A DNA stretch of 62,993 nt, counting the filler, from Octopus bimaculoides (Eukaryota), in the NCBI RefSeq assembly GCF_001194135.2. It is 5 parts of 5 records of this genome, joined end to end, with 100 filler letters (N's around TTAATTAATTAA, not from the genome) between each part and the next. Parts side by side here need not be neighbours in the genome. Positions count along the whole stretch, not along the records: positions 39,379 to 56,622 come from NC_068981.1; 4 more parts are not named here. The stretch is one strand, 5' to 3'. A program made the position numbers and the translations under genes. This document shows, piece after piece, positions 39,379-52,483 of this stretch; the stretch's first letter is position 1, and each line of letters starts with the position of its first letter. The notes beneath the pieces were generated by a model. The model did not search any database. It was not told where the DNA came from and was given only the letters and a program-made list of their open reading frames with translations.

Positions 39379-40520
39379 TATATATATATATATATATATA
39401 TATATTCACACGCATACACATATAAACGCATATATGTGAGTGTTTGTGTGTGTATGTGTTTGTATATTTAGTCTCTGCATGTTGTGGAAAAAAAGCAAGC
39501 TAAAGTAAGAAAAGGTTTCACAGATTGACAGCTCACATCAAGTAAGATATCTTGTAAGAAAATTCTACACCTATAAAAAAAAAAAAAAATAAAAAAAAAA
39601 ATAAAAAATGAAACTAAAACAATAAAATTTTTTTTCAAATTTTAAAGTCTCATATTCAAACGTAGCGAATAAGATATTTTTTGTTTAAAACTAGATAAAA
39701 AAAGTGAATGGTGATGAAGAGAGAGAGAAAGAGAGAGAGAGCTGAATAAAGTAAGTAAATATATAGTTATGCCCAGTAATTGCTCTCCATTACATGATTT
39801 TTTTTTTATCAGCTTCTTGATGAGGTTAACTAATTATTTGAAGACAAAATTACTTTTTGTGATGAGGTGAAGCAATTTGTGATTAGGTGAATCAATTTGT
39901 ATCACTCAGTTAAAAATAATGTCTGTTTATAAGCTATTTAATATAAATACACAATCTAATCATTGCAGTGTTAACTTTGGACTGTTCAAAGCAGCAGATA
40001 TAATTAAATAACCCATCGTTATTAAATATCATGTCATAATCATTATCACTGTCATCATCATTGCTGTCACACTTCGTCGTCATTGTTGTTGTTGTCATCA
40101 TCTTTATTGCTATTTTTTGTATGAGTTTTCCTTTGCTTTGATGTGGGTTTCATAGGTCTTCTGCAGTACAGAATTTCTCCACTTGCCACATTTATTTACC
40201 ATTTTGTTTGTGAAGTTCAGAATTTTGATGTCAGTATTTCCACATCTGAAAGGAAGTGAGTTTGTGTGACTTTTGATGACAAACAAGGAATTCTTGCACA
40301 TGCCTATGATAAATAGAACTTCTAAATTCCACAACTCAGATATTGCAACAATATTAGGCTTGCAACAAGTTTATGAAGATGACTATTTCATATTGGTTTC
40401 CAATTTTGACTCAAGGAGAGCAAGTTCGAGGAAGAGTGTAGATTACATCAACCCCAGTGATCAACTGGTACTTATTTGATTGACCCCGAAAGGATCGATT
40501 TCAAAGTCAACATTGTTAGG

Positions 40521-40674
40521 TGTGTGAGTGTGGTAAGAAGCTTGCTTCCCAACCACATGGTTCCGGGTTCAGTCCCACTGCATGGCACCTTGGGCAAGTG
40601 CCTTCTACTATAGCCTTGGGCTGACCAAAGCCTTGTGAGTGGATTTGGTAGACAGAAACTGAAAGAAGCCTGTC

Positions 40675-40736
<62 letters not shown>

Positions 40737-41008
40737 CTGTATATATTTATGTGTGTGTGTATGTGTGTGTGTGTGTATGTGTGTGTGTGTATGTGTGTGT
40801 GTGTTTCTCCCCTGGCTATTGCTTGACATCTGATGCTGGTGTGTTTATGTACCCATAACTTAGTGGTTCAGCAAAAGAGACCAAGAGAATAAGTACTAGA
40901 CTTACAAAGAATAAGTTCTGGGTCAATTTCTTCACCAAAAAACCCTGTAAGGTGGTGCTCCAGCATGGCTGAAGTCAAATGACGGAAACAAGTAAAAGAA
41001 TAAAAGAA
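40521..41008 (+). mobile_element. SINE family A, full length, CpG-decayed
   Basis: Aligns to 4157-4574 with CG changed to TG/CA at most CpG sites. Confidence 0.9.
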
Positions 41009-41243
41009 TGGACAAAATGCCATTAAGCATTTTGCCAGGCAAATGATTCTGCCAGAACACCATCTTAAAAGTTGACTTTTTAATATTACCATTGTCATAA
41101 GGCAGCAAGCTACATCCAGTTGAGCATTGGTGTCAATGTCCCTGACTTAACAGCAACCCAAAATTGTTGGCTTTGCTTCCAAAATTTGAAACCAAATTTC
41201 ATCATGTATTTATTTTAACCAATCAGAGGCAAGTAGTCTATAC

Positions 41244-41547
41244 CAGTAGTTTGCAAAGTGGGTGCTACCACCCTGCTGAGGGCAGTGGAAAGATCCGGGA
41301 GGGGGTGGGTCATTGAAGAAAAATAGGGCGATAATGGGGTGACAAAAACAGGGCAATGGATGTAAAAAAGCAAACAAAATAAAGGGTTAATTAGATTAAG
41401 TTTTATTTGTGAAATACTGTTGTTTTGAATTTGCTGCAGAAAACAGTCTCTGTCTGTGATGGTGAGTGGAGCGGTGGGGGTGGGTGCACTAGGAATGTTT
41501 CCTTAGAACTAAGTGGGTGGCAGCCTGAAAAAGTTTGGGAACCACTG
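41244..41547. mobile_element. hAT MITE with 8-bp TSD GTCTATAC
   Basis: TIRs cagtagtttgcaaagt / agtttgggaaccactg; gtctatac at 41236-41243 and 41548-41555. Confidence 0.85.
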
Positions 41548-42035
41548 GTCTATACAGTCTATTCTGGCTATTTAAACAAAAAGGTGCTGTGTCTCACTAA
41601 CTCTCTCTTAGCTCTCACCAACAGCCATAAGTAAACAGTTTCTCTCTTCACCTCTTCTGCTAGAAGTGATCTTCTACCCTGATATTGCGTCAATGGAATA
41701 ATTTCTACCAGTTCCAAAACATTCCATTTTCTATTTCCTACTAACCATTATCTGTTTGCAAGCATCTTAATGTAACAAACGTGAACATAAATATGTACAT
41801 TATCTCCAACACTTTCTACAACACACCCACCTGACTATGTAAAACAAGAAAATATCTATGTACATTCTCACAAACACATTATCTTGATTAATGTTGTAAA
41901 TTAGAGCCTATTATATTATGCCTGATTCCTGCACTGTTTAAAACTACAACTCACAAACCTCATACTGCATGATTTCAATTGTTTTGTTCAACAAACAAAA
42001 TCAGAAGAGTTCTTTTACTCTGTTGGTAAGTAGAG

Positions 42036-42039
<4 letters not shown>

Positions 42040-42068
<29 letters not shown>

Positions 42069-42235
42069 TGTTCAATGTTCACTTTCCCAGCTGGCATGGG
42101 TTGGACGGTCTGACTGAGGAGTTGCAAGGTAGGAGGTTGCACCAGGCTCCAATCTGATCTGGCAAGGTTTCTACAGCTGGATGCCCTTCCTAATGCCAAC
42201 CACTCTAAGAGTGTAGTGGGTGCTTTTTAAGTGCC
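42040..42235 (-). mobile_element. SINE family C ((GAT)n tail)
   Basis: Reverse complement of 44095-44310. Confidence 0.8.
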
Positions 42236-42384
42236 GAAAAGAAACATCATAATCTGCCATCATTGTTGCTTCCTATGATATCTTGAGCAAGGGTTTTCTA
42301 CTCTAGGCCTGGTCAGACCAAAGTCTTGTAAGTAAATTTGGTGGACAGAAATCGAAAGAAACCATGCTGGAATTCTATCCCAAA

Positions 42385-42535
42385 GGGCTTTAGTTGAAGA
42401 AAATAAGTACTGAGGTTGATTTCCTATTCTATTGGTTTCTGTTGCTGAATGACTAAGCTATGGGGATGTAAACAAACAAATAGTTGTTTCAAGCAGTAGA
42501 AAAGGCATAAATACAGACAGACAGACACATGCAAA

Positions 42536-42599
<64 letters not shown>

Positions 42600-42735
42600 A
42601 CAGGCTTATTTCCAGTTTCTGTTCACCAAATCCACTCATAAAGCTTTGATTGGACTAAAGTTACGGTAGAAGACACTTGCCCAAGATGCCGTGCGGTGGA
42701 ACTGAACCTGGAACCATGTGATTGAGAAGCATGTG
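42385..42735 (-). mobile_element. SINE family A with internal (CA)n
   Basis: Right arm, microsatellite and head, all in reverse orientation. Confidence 0.75.
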
Positions 42736-43411
42736 TCTACATTCGAATAAAATTTGAATACAGATGCAAAAATGGAATATCCAACTCTGGCATGGCACCT
42801 ATCATATCTAGAAATTTTAGCTTCATCATAATATTCTGTTTTTTATATTTGTTGGCATCAAATACAAATCCTGTAAATAACATATTATAATTTCCTATAT
42901 TTTTTGGAAGAAAATACATATATAAATCTAAATTGAATCAAATCTATGCATAATGTTTGCTGTATAGTAAAATAAATGCACTACTTGGAACAATGTCAGA
43001 TAAAACTCTTTGTATTGTGAGAAATATTCTTTAGCAGTGAGTAGGGTCTGAGATGGAATTGATTAAGTACTGCAGAAGAAACTAAGAATTAGGTTAAACA
43101 TAAAATATAAGTGAATGGCAGTAAAAAAGGTGAAATAGGGAATAAGTTATAGAATCATCTTGCCATTGGAGATATATTTATATTCCGTGAAAGATTTATA
43201 ACAATTTGCCAAAACTGGATGCTTTTAGTGCAGAGGTCAGCAGTAGAGAGTTGACATGGTGGAAATGTTGCCAAATATATGCAATATAAACATGCAATGG
43301 TAAATAAAAATTGACACAGCATGGCAGAATGGTCAAGAAGTTTGTTTTGCAATCATTGTGCCCTGGGTTTAATTCCACTGCATGGAATCTTAGGCCAAAT
43401 ATATCTTCTGG

Positions 43412-43630
43412 TTAAGGCAGTGAGCTGGCAGAATTGTTAGATTTCTAGGCAAAATGTTTTGTGGTATTTCATCCATCTTTATGTTTTGAGTTCAAATTCT
43501 GCCAGGGCTGACTTTGTTTTTCATTCTCTCAGGATCAATAAAATAAGTACCAGTTGAACACTGGGGTCGATGTAATTCGCTAGCCACTGCCCTCAAAATT
43601 GCTGGATTTGTGCAAAAATTTAAAACCAAT
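43412..43630 (+). mobile_element. SINE family B, CpG-decayed
   Basis: ggcagtgagctggcagaattgttag...gagttcaaattctgccaggg. Confidence 0.8.
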
Positions 43631-44094
43631 ATAGCCTCTTGTTGATGAAATTGAGTTGAAGAAAACTGTGCAGACGTCCATCAGGTGGGTTGTATGTGAA
43701 ATTCAACAGGGTACATGTGCCACACTGTTTCTGCCAAAGGATTAGATTAAAGATACACATACCTGTGGAATACTCAGCCACTTACATATTTACTCAACGA
43801 AGTGGTAGTTTAGATGATTCAACAACTGAATACTCATTGTCAAGAACAATGGCTGTGCATTATCACTGCCATCATCATCACCATCATTTAACATCCACTT
43901 TTCCATGCTTGTCTGAATCAGATCTAATTTTTTGAGGCAGATTTTCTATGATCGGGTGCCCTTCCTGTAACAAAAATTTACCTGTTTCCAAGCAAGGTAA
44001 TATTTCCCTATGGACATGTTTTTCATGGAAGACTGGAAACAAACAACATTGCTTGTATAACAGTGATGCTCATTTACAACCATCACATGATGTC

Positions 44095-44266
44095 AAGCCG
44101 GTGGCACGTAAAAGCACCCACTACACTCTTGGAGTGGTTGGCATTAGGAAGGGCATCCAGCTGTAGAAACTCTGCCAGATCAGATTGGAGCCTGGTGCAG
44201 ACTTCTGGCTTGCCAGTCCTCAGTCAAATCGTCAACCCATGCTAGCATGGAAAGCGGACGTTAAAC

Positions 44267-44310
<44 letters not shown>
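44095..44310 (+). mobile_element. SINE family C
   Basis: gtggcacgtaaaagcacccactacactc..ggttggcattaggaagggcatccagctgtagaaac...gcggacgttaaac(gat)n. Confidence 0.85.
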
Positions 44311-44311
<1 letters not shown>

Positions 44312-44624
44312 TTGTCCAACTTGTTACACAGCAAGACTGAACCTGATTGATTGGAAAGCAAGCTTCTTTTCCACTTAGCCATACCTGAACACTTGCAAAT
44401 AAAAAAATGTTAAATGTAACTTATCAGTAATGAATTATCAATCAATTGGTCAAATATTAATATGAATCAATTGACAGTAAATTATCATTCCCTAAGCAGA
44501 TTACGATAATAGATTAAAAACCAATAATATAACTAGATCAAACAGTTGGGGAATGCAAAAGCATAACATCTCTTAGTTAATGTGTATGGACGACACAAGG
44601 AAACCAATCAGATATTGAGGTTAA

Positions 44625-44814
44625 CCCTTTAGCAATTAAACTAACCATATTTGGCCCAAATATTCTACCTGTTTTATGTTCAAACCAGCCAGATCTGACC
44701 TCTCACACCTTTCTACAATGTCATTGTAAAAATAAACAACCACATTGTCAAAATCTTGAAACTAAGAGAATAAATAAACATTGCATTCAACAGAGTAAAC
44801 CGAATGCAAAAGGG
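44625..44814. mobile_element. piggyBac-like MITE (TTAA TSD)
   Basis: ttaa|ccctttagcaatt ... aatgcaaaaggg|ttaa; CCC/GGG termini with TTAA on both sides. Confidence 0.75.
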
Positions 44815-45131
44815 TTAATTATATTAATTAGGACCAGATGCTGCTAATTACTCACAGTTACTCAACACTTGTATCTAAACATCTTAGAGACAGAACATTC
44901 TTACAAGGTTGAGGATTCTCTTTCCCAAGTTCAGAAATTTGCTTTTTCGTATTTTTCCCACCCTAATGGTTTAAATTTAGAATTGGAGGATATTTCCAAG
45001 GACTTCACAATTTCTTTCTTTAAAACTGAAGAAATTGACTCAGTTTATAGACAAAGAAAAACAAGGGCTGGAAGAGAATTTCAGAGGGCCAAAAGTCTAG
45101 GGAGGAAAGACTGGGTAGAAAAAAAAAAAAA

Positions 45132-45365
45132 GGCGGCGAGCTGTCAGAATCATTAGCACACCGGGAGAAATGCTTAGTGGTATTTTGTCTGCCGTTACGT
45201 TCTGAGTTCAAATTCCGCCAAGGTTGACTTTGCCTTTCATCCTTTCAGGGTCGATAAATTAAGTACCAGTTGTGCACTAGGGTCGATGTAATCGACTTAA
45301 TCGCTTTTTCTGTCCTTGTTTGTCCCCGCTATGTTTGGCCCCTTGTGGGCAATAAAGAAATAAGA
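45132..45365 (+). mobile_element. SINE family B, subtype with LINE-like 3' tail
   Basis: Same structure as 25586-25820. Confidence 0.85.
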
Positions 45366-45480
45366 ATGGTAAGCTCTTGAGTGGACGTTACAATGTTGGT
45401 GACATGAAGAGTAGAGACAAGCAAACTAAATGAATCTGAATGAAATTGATCTGAGCAGAGGCCACTGTAGCAACGTTTAC

Positions 45481-45529
<49 letters not shown>

Positions 45530-45627
45530 TATCTATCTCTCTCTCTATCTATCCATCTATCTATCTATTTATCTATATATCTGTATGTATGTATGTATGT
45601 ATGTATGTATGTATGTATACATGTATG

Positions 45628-45658
<31 letters not shown>

Positions 45659-46009
45659 TATGTATGTATATATATATACATATATATATATTGTCAGATA
45701 ATTTTCTGTAAGTCAGAAATAAAAGCACACTCAATATTAGTAGCAGAGTAGCTGTATCTTTATACCATCAAACAATCTATTGTTATTTATGATATCTGAC
45801 TTGTCAGAATGTTACTGTTGGTTTCACACCAAATGCTGTCACTAGATGATACCGACAAGTCTTCAGACATGCTGCTTGGAAGCATGTGTGAAGTGTAGTC
45901 TTGAGGTAGTATTTGATGCAAAAATCAAAAGTAACATTCTGCCCAGTTATATGTAATAGCCTGTAATATATTGTTGGACTATGTAAAAATATTTATATAA
46001 TTTGTATAT

Positions 46010-46345
46010 ACAGGCATGGCTGTGGGGTAAGAAGCTTGCTTCCCAACCCTGTGGTTCCAGGTTCAGTCCCACTGCATGGAACCTTGGCCAGGTGTCTTCT
46101 ACTATAGCCTTGAGAAACTGAAAGAAGCCTGTCATATATTTCGTGCGGGTGACACGTAAAAGCACCCACTACACTCTCTGAGTGGTTGGCGTTAGGAAGG
46201 GCATCCAGCTGTAGAAACTCTGCCAAATCAGACTGGAGCCTGGTGTTGCCATCCGGTTTCACCAGTCCTCAGTCAAATCGTCCAACCCATGCTAGCATGG
46301 AAAGCGGACGTTAAACGATGATGATGATGATGATGATGATGATGA
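46010..46345 (+). mobile_element. SINE A head joined to a SINE C body
   Basis: A head to about 46138, then the C body with a (GAT)n tail. Confidence 0.8.
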
Positions 46346-46483
46346 TATATATATATATCTATATATGGTAGAGGAATTCAGCAAAAATTTAGATTCAGAT
46401 GAATATGGTACTTAAGTTGAGGCACCAGAATTTAGTGCGGTATTAACAAGGATTTCCAGAGGGTATCCTTGTTGCTTATTTTG

Positions 46484-46530
<47 letters not shown>

Positions 46531-46540
46531 ATATGTATAT

Positions 46541-46814
46541 ATAAAGATAAATTAAATATTGAGATGTTCTATTGACATTCAATAATTTATTTATATTACA
46601 ATATTACATTAAATACTATGAATATTAATATATAACGTAACATAATATTATATAAATAATTATAAAAAGAATTTGTTGGACTATTTTGGTTTTTATAATT
46701 ATTGATATAATATTATGTTACGTTATATATTAATATTCATAGTATTTAATGTAATATAATATAAATAAATTATTGAATGTCAATAGAATATCTTCATATT
46801 TAAATTATCTTTAT
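46541..46814. repeat. Long AT-rich near-perfect inverted repeat (fold-back)
   Basis: Arms 46541-46668 and 46690-46814 are reverse complements with a few mismatches; 21-nt loop. Confidence 0.9.
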
Positions 46815-46889
46815 TATTGAATTATACCAATATCTATATGGTATCCAACTGAAGTACCAGTAAATTGGATGTTTAACACACCCTTTGTT

Positions 46890-47008
46890 ACTTTATATGG
46901 TTCCGGGTTCAGTCCCACTGCATGGTACCTTGGGCAAGTGTCTTCTACTATAGCCTCAGGCCGACCAAACCTTGTGAGTGGATTTGGTAGACAGAAACTG
47001 AAAGAAGC

Positions 47009-47069
<61 letters not shown>

Positions 47070-47265
47070 ATATGTTTGTGTGACTGTATTTGTCCCACCA
47101 ACATCGCTTGACAACTGATGGTAGTGTGTTTACGTCCCCATAACTTAGCGGCTTGACAAAAGTAACCGATAGAATAAGTACTAGGCCTCCAAAGAATAAG
47201 TCCTGGGGTCGATTTGCTCAACTAAAGGCGGTGCTCCAGCATGGCCACTGTCTAATGACTGAAAT
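46890..47265 (+). mobile_element. SINE family A, 5'-truncated
   Basis: Head remnant, (TA)n, right arm. Confidence 0.85.
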
Positions 47266-47439
47266 TTGTAAAGGGCAGAAAGGATGTATGCATTGAAAAA
47301 TGGACATAAACTAATAAAACAAACAAATACATCATCATCATAATCAAAATCATCATCATCAACACCATCATCATCAGTATGTATGTGTGTGTTGGTGTGT
47401 GTAGATCATTTCACTGATATATATATATATATATATATA

Positions 47440-47825
47440 TCATCATCATCATCATCATCATCTAACGTCCATTTTCCATGCTAGCATGGGTTGGATGATT
47501 TGACTGGAGACTGGCGAACCAGATGGCTACACCAGACTCCAATCTGATCTGGCAGAGTTTCTACAGCTGGATGCCGTTCCCAATGCCAACCACTCCGAGA
47601 GTGAAGTGGGTGCTTTTTATGTGCCACCGGCATGAAGGCCAGTCCAACGTTTTGTTCACATGCCACTGGCACAAGTGCCAGTAAGGCAAAGCTGGAAACG
47701 ATCGCGCTTAAATGGTGCTTTTTTACGTTCCATTGGCATGGAAGCGAGACCACTGCTCTGGCAGTGATCCCGCTTGGATGATGCTGTTAGCTCTCCACTG
47801 GCACGGGTGCCAGTCATCGAATTTG
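47440..47825 (-). mobile_element. SINE family C, long form with internal repeats
   Basis: Reverse of 44095 plus repeated gtgcc(a/g)gtggca...aaaagcacc units. Confidence 0.8.
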
Positions 47826-49296
47826 GTTCATATATATATCTCAGTGAAAGCTGCTAATGTTGATGAAAAATAAACCTGATAAACCAGCAAATAAGTACTT
47901 TGTGATATTTGTTCTGCCCAAGTTGCACAGATGTTTTCCTCTTGTCCCTCTCAATATTGTAAATACAGCCAACTATTGTTTAGTTTGTTGGAAACACATA
48001 AATAATGAGATGAAACTACATTAAATAAATGAATATAATGTTGTTGAATAAAATATTCAAACATGAGATTTAGAACCATTTTTACCACATGAAAGATTTC
48101 TAATGGAAGAAATCAGATACTCAGAATTAGTATCTGCTAGTTCAGCATGACATGTGGATGGAGAATCCATTAATATTCTCTTTTACTTTTCCAACAGGAT
48201 ATATTAAGTGCTTCCAAACAATTTTGATACCATTAATCATTGATTCCTACCATTTTGTGTTTAGTTTACACAATACATTGTGAATACCTTCCCAATGACT
48301 TAAAAATATTAGCTAGTGAACGCAGTTTAATATTTTCCTAGCTTTTTCTTTCTCATATTATTATATCTATTCTAACCATCCATAGTATTTTCATTGTTGT
48401 TTGATATTTATGTATTAGGTTTGTCAAGGAACTTTCTTTGAGACATTGATGAAGGTTTTGTTAGACTCCCACACAATGTTACTACGTGGTTTTTAGGATC
48501 ATCTAACAGTTAGAAGAATGTATTATAAAAACAAATATGATATGGTTTACGTGTGGATTGTCATCTGTCCATAATTCTGAAACTTGCCAAGCAACTTTGG
48601 GCCTTTTGGGGGGTTTTTTCTATGCAGAAGGTGAGTCTTTTACAGAAACAAAGAGCACTCTAAATCTATGTAGAATGACACTTATAATAACTATAAATAG
48701 GAAAATTATAAAACCAATGATATTGAACAAATGAACAAAAAAAGCATTTTTTGTTTTTTACTATACTCTGCATTACAGACAAAGCTACAAATATCACTAA
48801 AGGTAGCTTTATAGCCAACTTCTGCTAAGATGAGTTAAGGATCAGAAAAGTTCTATGAGAAATGAATGTTGTTAGATCTGTTACTGTATGCTTTTACAGC
48901 ATTAATGTTTGCTTTGTTAAAAGATTTTATCAGGGAAATTCTCTTAATGGATGCACAGCAGATGCTATGTGATGTGTACAAAAGAGAAGCATATCAAAAT
49001 AAGAGAAAATGAAATGAAAAGCAAAACTGTAAAAGAGTTCAGAACTATTTTACAGTTTATTCTATTTGTAGTAAGAATAAAAAAAAAAACAACAATAATG
49101 GCTGACAAAGAGAATATCAGAATGAAAATAGAAATTTTAGGGAAGAAATAAATTTTTTTGTTTGAACTATTTGTAGGAGGCAAGAGAGAAATTTTTGTGG
49201 TTGAGAAACTGGTTTTGGAATCATATGGTTTTGTGTTCATTTCTACTTTGTGGGAACACTGTGGCCATGGATTGGCCAATATCTTGTGAGGGAAAT

Positions 49297-49790
49297 AAGG
49301 CGGTGAGCTGGCAGAAACGTTAGCACGCCGGGCGAAATGTTTGGCAGCGTTTCATCAGTCTTTATGTTCTGAACAGGCAATGACCTGAACAACAACAACA
49401 ACAACAACAATAATAATAATAATAATAATAATGATAATCATAACAACATTGAAAAATACCTTAGGAATGAGAACCCAGGTTCGAAATTTCTCCAAGACAC
49501 CTGATGAAGGCTGGAGGGTATATCAGCCGAAACGTGTTAACAACAAACAAGATGAGGACAAATATCTATCAAATGTAAATAATGTAAATAATGTACATAA
49601 TTCCTCATCTCTTAAATATAGAACTGTATTTACGTTCTGAGTTCAAATTCTGCCAAGGTCAACTTTGCCTTTAACCCTTTTGGGGTTGATAAATCAAGTA
49701 CCAGTTGCATACTGGTGTTGATATAATCGACTGGCCTCCTCCCCCCAAATTTCCAGCCTTGTGCCTTGAGTAGAAAAGAATACCTTCTGA
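49297..49790 (+). mobile_element. SINE family B split by a nested insertion
   Basis: Head 49297-49372, remainder 49629-49790; duplicated tttaYgttctga at 49361-49372 and 49629-49640. Confidence 0.85.
49373..49628 (+). mobile_element. Short hammerhead-bearing insert (Penelope pLTR or retrozyme-like)
   Basis: Bounded by a 12-bp TSD; contains gacac CTGATGA a ggctg-gagggtatat-cagcc GAAA c gtgtt at 49496-49538. Confidence 0.6.
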
Positions 49791-49984
49791 GGGAAATTTG
49801 GTTGGCAGAAACTATAGGAAGCCCATCTTATACATGTATGTATGTGTCTATCTGACTTTCTCTCTCTACATATATATCTGTGTGTGTGTATGAATGTGTC
49901 TGTATATGTGTGTGTGTATGTGTGTGGTGTAAGTACATATATATATTTTTTCTTTTATTCGTTTATTCCTTTATTCTTTTACTG

Positions 49985-50255
49985 CACCAGGCTCCAATCT
50001 GATCTGGCAAGGTTTCTACAGCTGGATGCCCTTCCTAATGCCAACCACTCCGAGAGTGTAGTGGGTGCTTTTTACATGCCACCGGCACGGGAGCCAGTCA
50101 GGCGGCACTGGCATCGACCACGTTCGGCCGGTGCTTTTTATGTACCACCAGCACATACGACAGGCTTCTTTCAGTTTCTGTCTACCAAATCCACTCACAA
50201 GGCTTCGGTTGGCCTGAAGCTATAGTAGAACACATTTGCCCAAAGCGTCTCACAG
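49985..50255 (-). mobile_element. SINE A head joined to a SINE C body
   Basis: On the minus strand the A head ends at aagaagcctgtcgtat and continues into C sequence. Confidence 0.75.
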
Positions 50256-50287
50256 CGTGACATTATTTATATATGTCTATGTCTATA

Positions 50288-50328
<41 letters not shown>

Positions 50329-50479
50329 ATGTATGTATGTATGTATGTATAGGCACAAGTGTGGCTGTGTAGATTTTTCACTCAGTGCCCAATGTTTTGA
50401 CCTGAGTTGGTCTTCTTCTTATTGATGAATATCTTGGACGTTCTGAGATAAGCTGAAAACACTTTTTCTGATATAGAAA

Positions 50480-50705
50480 TCATCATCATCATCATCGTCG
50501 TTTAACATCCGCTTTCCATGCTAGCATGGGTTGGACGATTTGACTGAGGACTGGTGGACCAGGAGGTGACACCAGGCTCCAATCTGATTTGGCAGAGTTT
50601 CTACAGCTGGATGCCCTTCCTAACGCCAGCCACTCCGAGAGTGTAGTGGGTGCTTTTACGTGTCACCGGCACGAGGGCCAGTCCATCGGCACTGGCAACG
50701 ATCTC
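50480..50705 (-). mobile_element. SINE family C
   Basis: (CAT)n-gtttaacatccgctttccatgctagcatggg... reverse of 44095. Confidence 0.85.
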
Positions 50706-52483
50706 AGCAAACAAAACACATTTACTGATCTGTGTGAAAGCTAGCTCGGAATTAAATTAATATACACATCTGAAAGAGCTTTAGATTAAAATACATAACA
50801 TTTATGATATTTATAATGTGTATAAGATCATGGAATGACACTTGTTGTACTATTTTGTCTTGAAGAAATATCTCAAAGACACTTGAATATTAAAGACACA
50901 GGGCATCACTCAGAATGCTAATAGATCACCAGATTTGGTGTTTTGACCTGATTTGGTTTCCTCAGCAGTGAACACTCTGGACGAAATAACTCCTGTATCC
51001 AGCCTCTTTTCATTATATCCATCATATTTTCAAGATGGCAATTCAGAATCATTCATCTCTGTCAAGGAACCAATTTCCCTATTACGAGAACCAGAATTCA
51101 TGTGGTCACGAATTTAATTGTGATTTAATATCTGAGTTGCTCTGTTGCTATAATCTCTTTGGTCTAATTGAATTTCCAATTCAACTTGCAAATAGCCTAC
51201 TGGCTTGACTAAGTTTTATTTATTTATTCATTTTTTTTTTGATATCTTATTATAATTTTTTTTTTTTTTTGCTGCAGAATCATGAAAATCAGGCAGGAAA
51301 CCCATGAAAAATGGACACATAAACAGATATTGATAAAACTACAATATCCAGTATAGTTGATGCATTGATGTCGTGAGAGCAGCGTGTCTTTAATAAATAC
51401 ACCACTGGTCATCACGCATTTACTAAATCTATTAATTTGCTCATGTTTTATTTATAAGTTCTGGAAAAAAAGATGAAAATGAATAAAATATGGAATTATA
51501 CTGACAACTAGATGTATTGTATACAGTAAGAAATGGCATTTCAAACTTTATTGTCTAGAAACATAATATTTATGTTTGCGACAAACTCCATAAAAGCACT
51601 TTGTATAGTTGTTGTTTGTTTCTCTTCATATATTTCAGCATTCTCTCAATTGATTGTGCATTGAGAGAAGATATAAGGTTTTAAAAATATTATGAGATTG
51701 GTATCATAAATTGTATGAATGAGAAAAGTAAATCAACAAATGAAACATTTTCAGTTTTGTATTTCATTAAATCAAAAATAGATATATGGGTCAAAATAAG
51801 ATTAGTGTTAGTCTGTGAGAAGCTGTCAAGATTATATTATTTAGGAAATATTTTTGATTGAAATTGGTTCAGTAAAAACCAAACTCTCTAATGCATTACT
51901 GAAGAAGAAAAAAATTTTTTAATAATATTGAATTATTAAAATTATTATGCTTTTCTTACATATGCATGTGCTGTCAGGTTTAAAGTGGAGGAAAAATGAT
52001 AAATGAAATTAAACAAGGGGAGGTTTCACCCTCTTACTTTATTAATATGGGTGACGGTCAAAGACATTCTAACCATGACCATCATGGCTTTTTTTTTTCA
52101 TTTTCAAATGGAGGACTACATTTTAAATTGTTTTTTTTCTTTCTCTTAAGATGATAAAATATGATTTATCTTCTATCTTCTTTCTTTTACTTGTTTCAAT
52201 CATTTGACTGTGGCCATACTGGGGCACCACCTTGAAGGGTTTTAATCGAACAAATCAACCCCATGACTGATATTTTAAACATGGAACTTATTCTGATGGC
52301 GGTGGGGGACAAACACATACACAAAGACAAACACACATAGATATATGCATGCATACATAATACACACACATCTATATCTATAAGTTCAGCAAAAATTTAG
52401 ATTCAGATGAATATGGTACTTAAGTTGAGGCACCAGAATTTAGTACAGTATTATCCATACAATTTCAAAGTAAGGTGGTTAAG

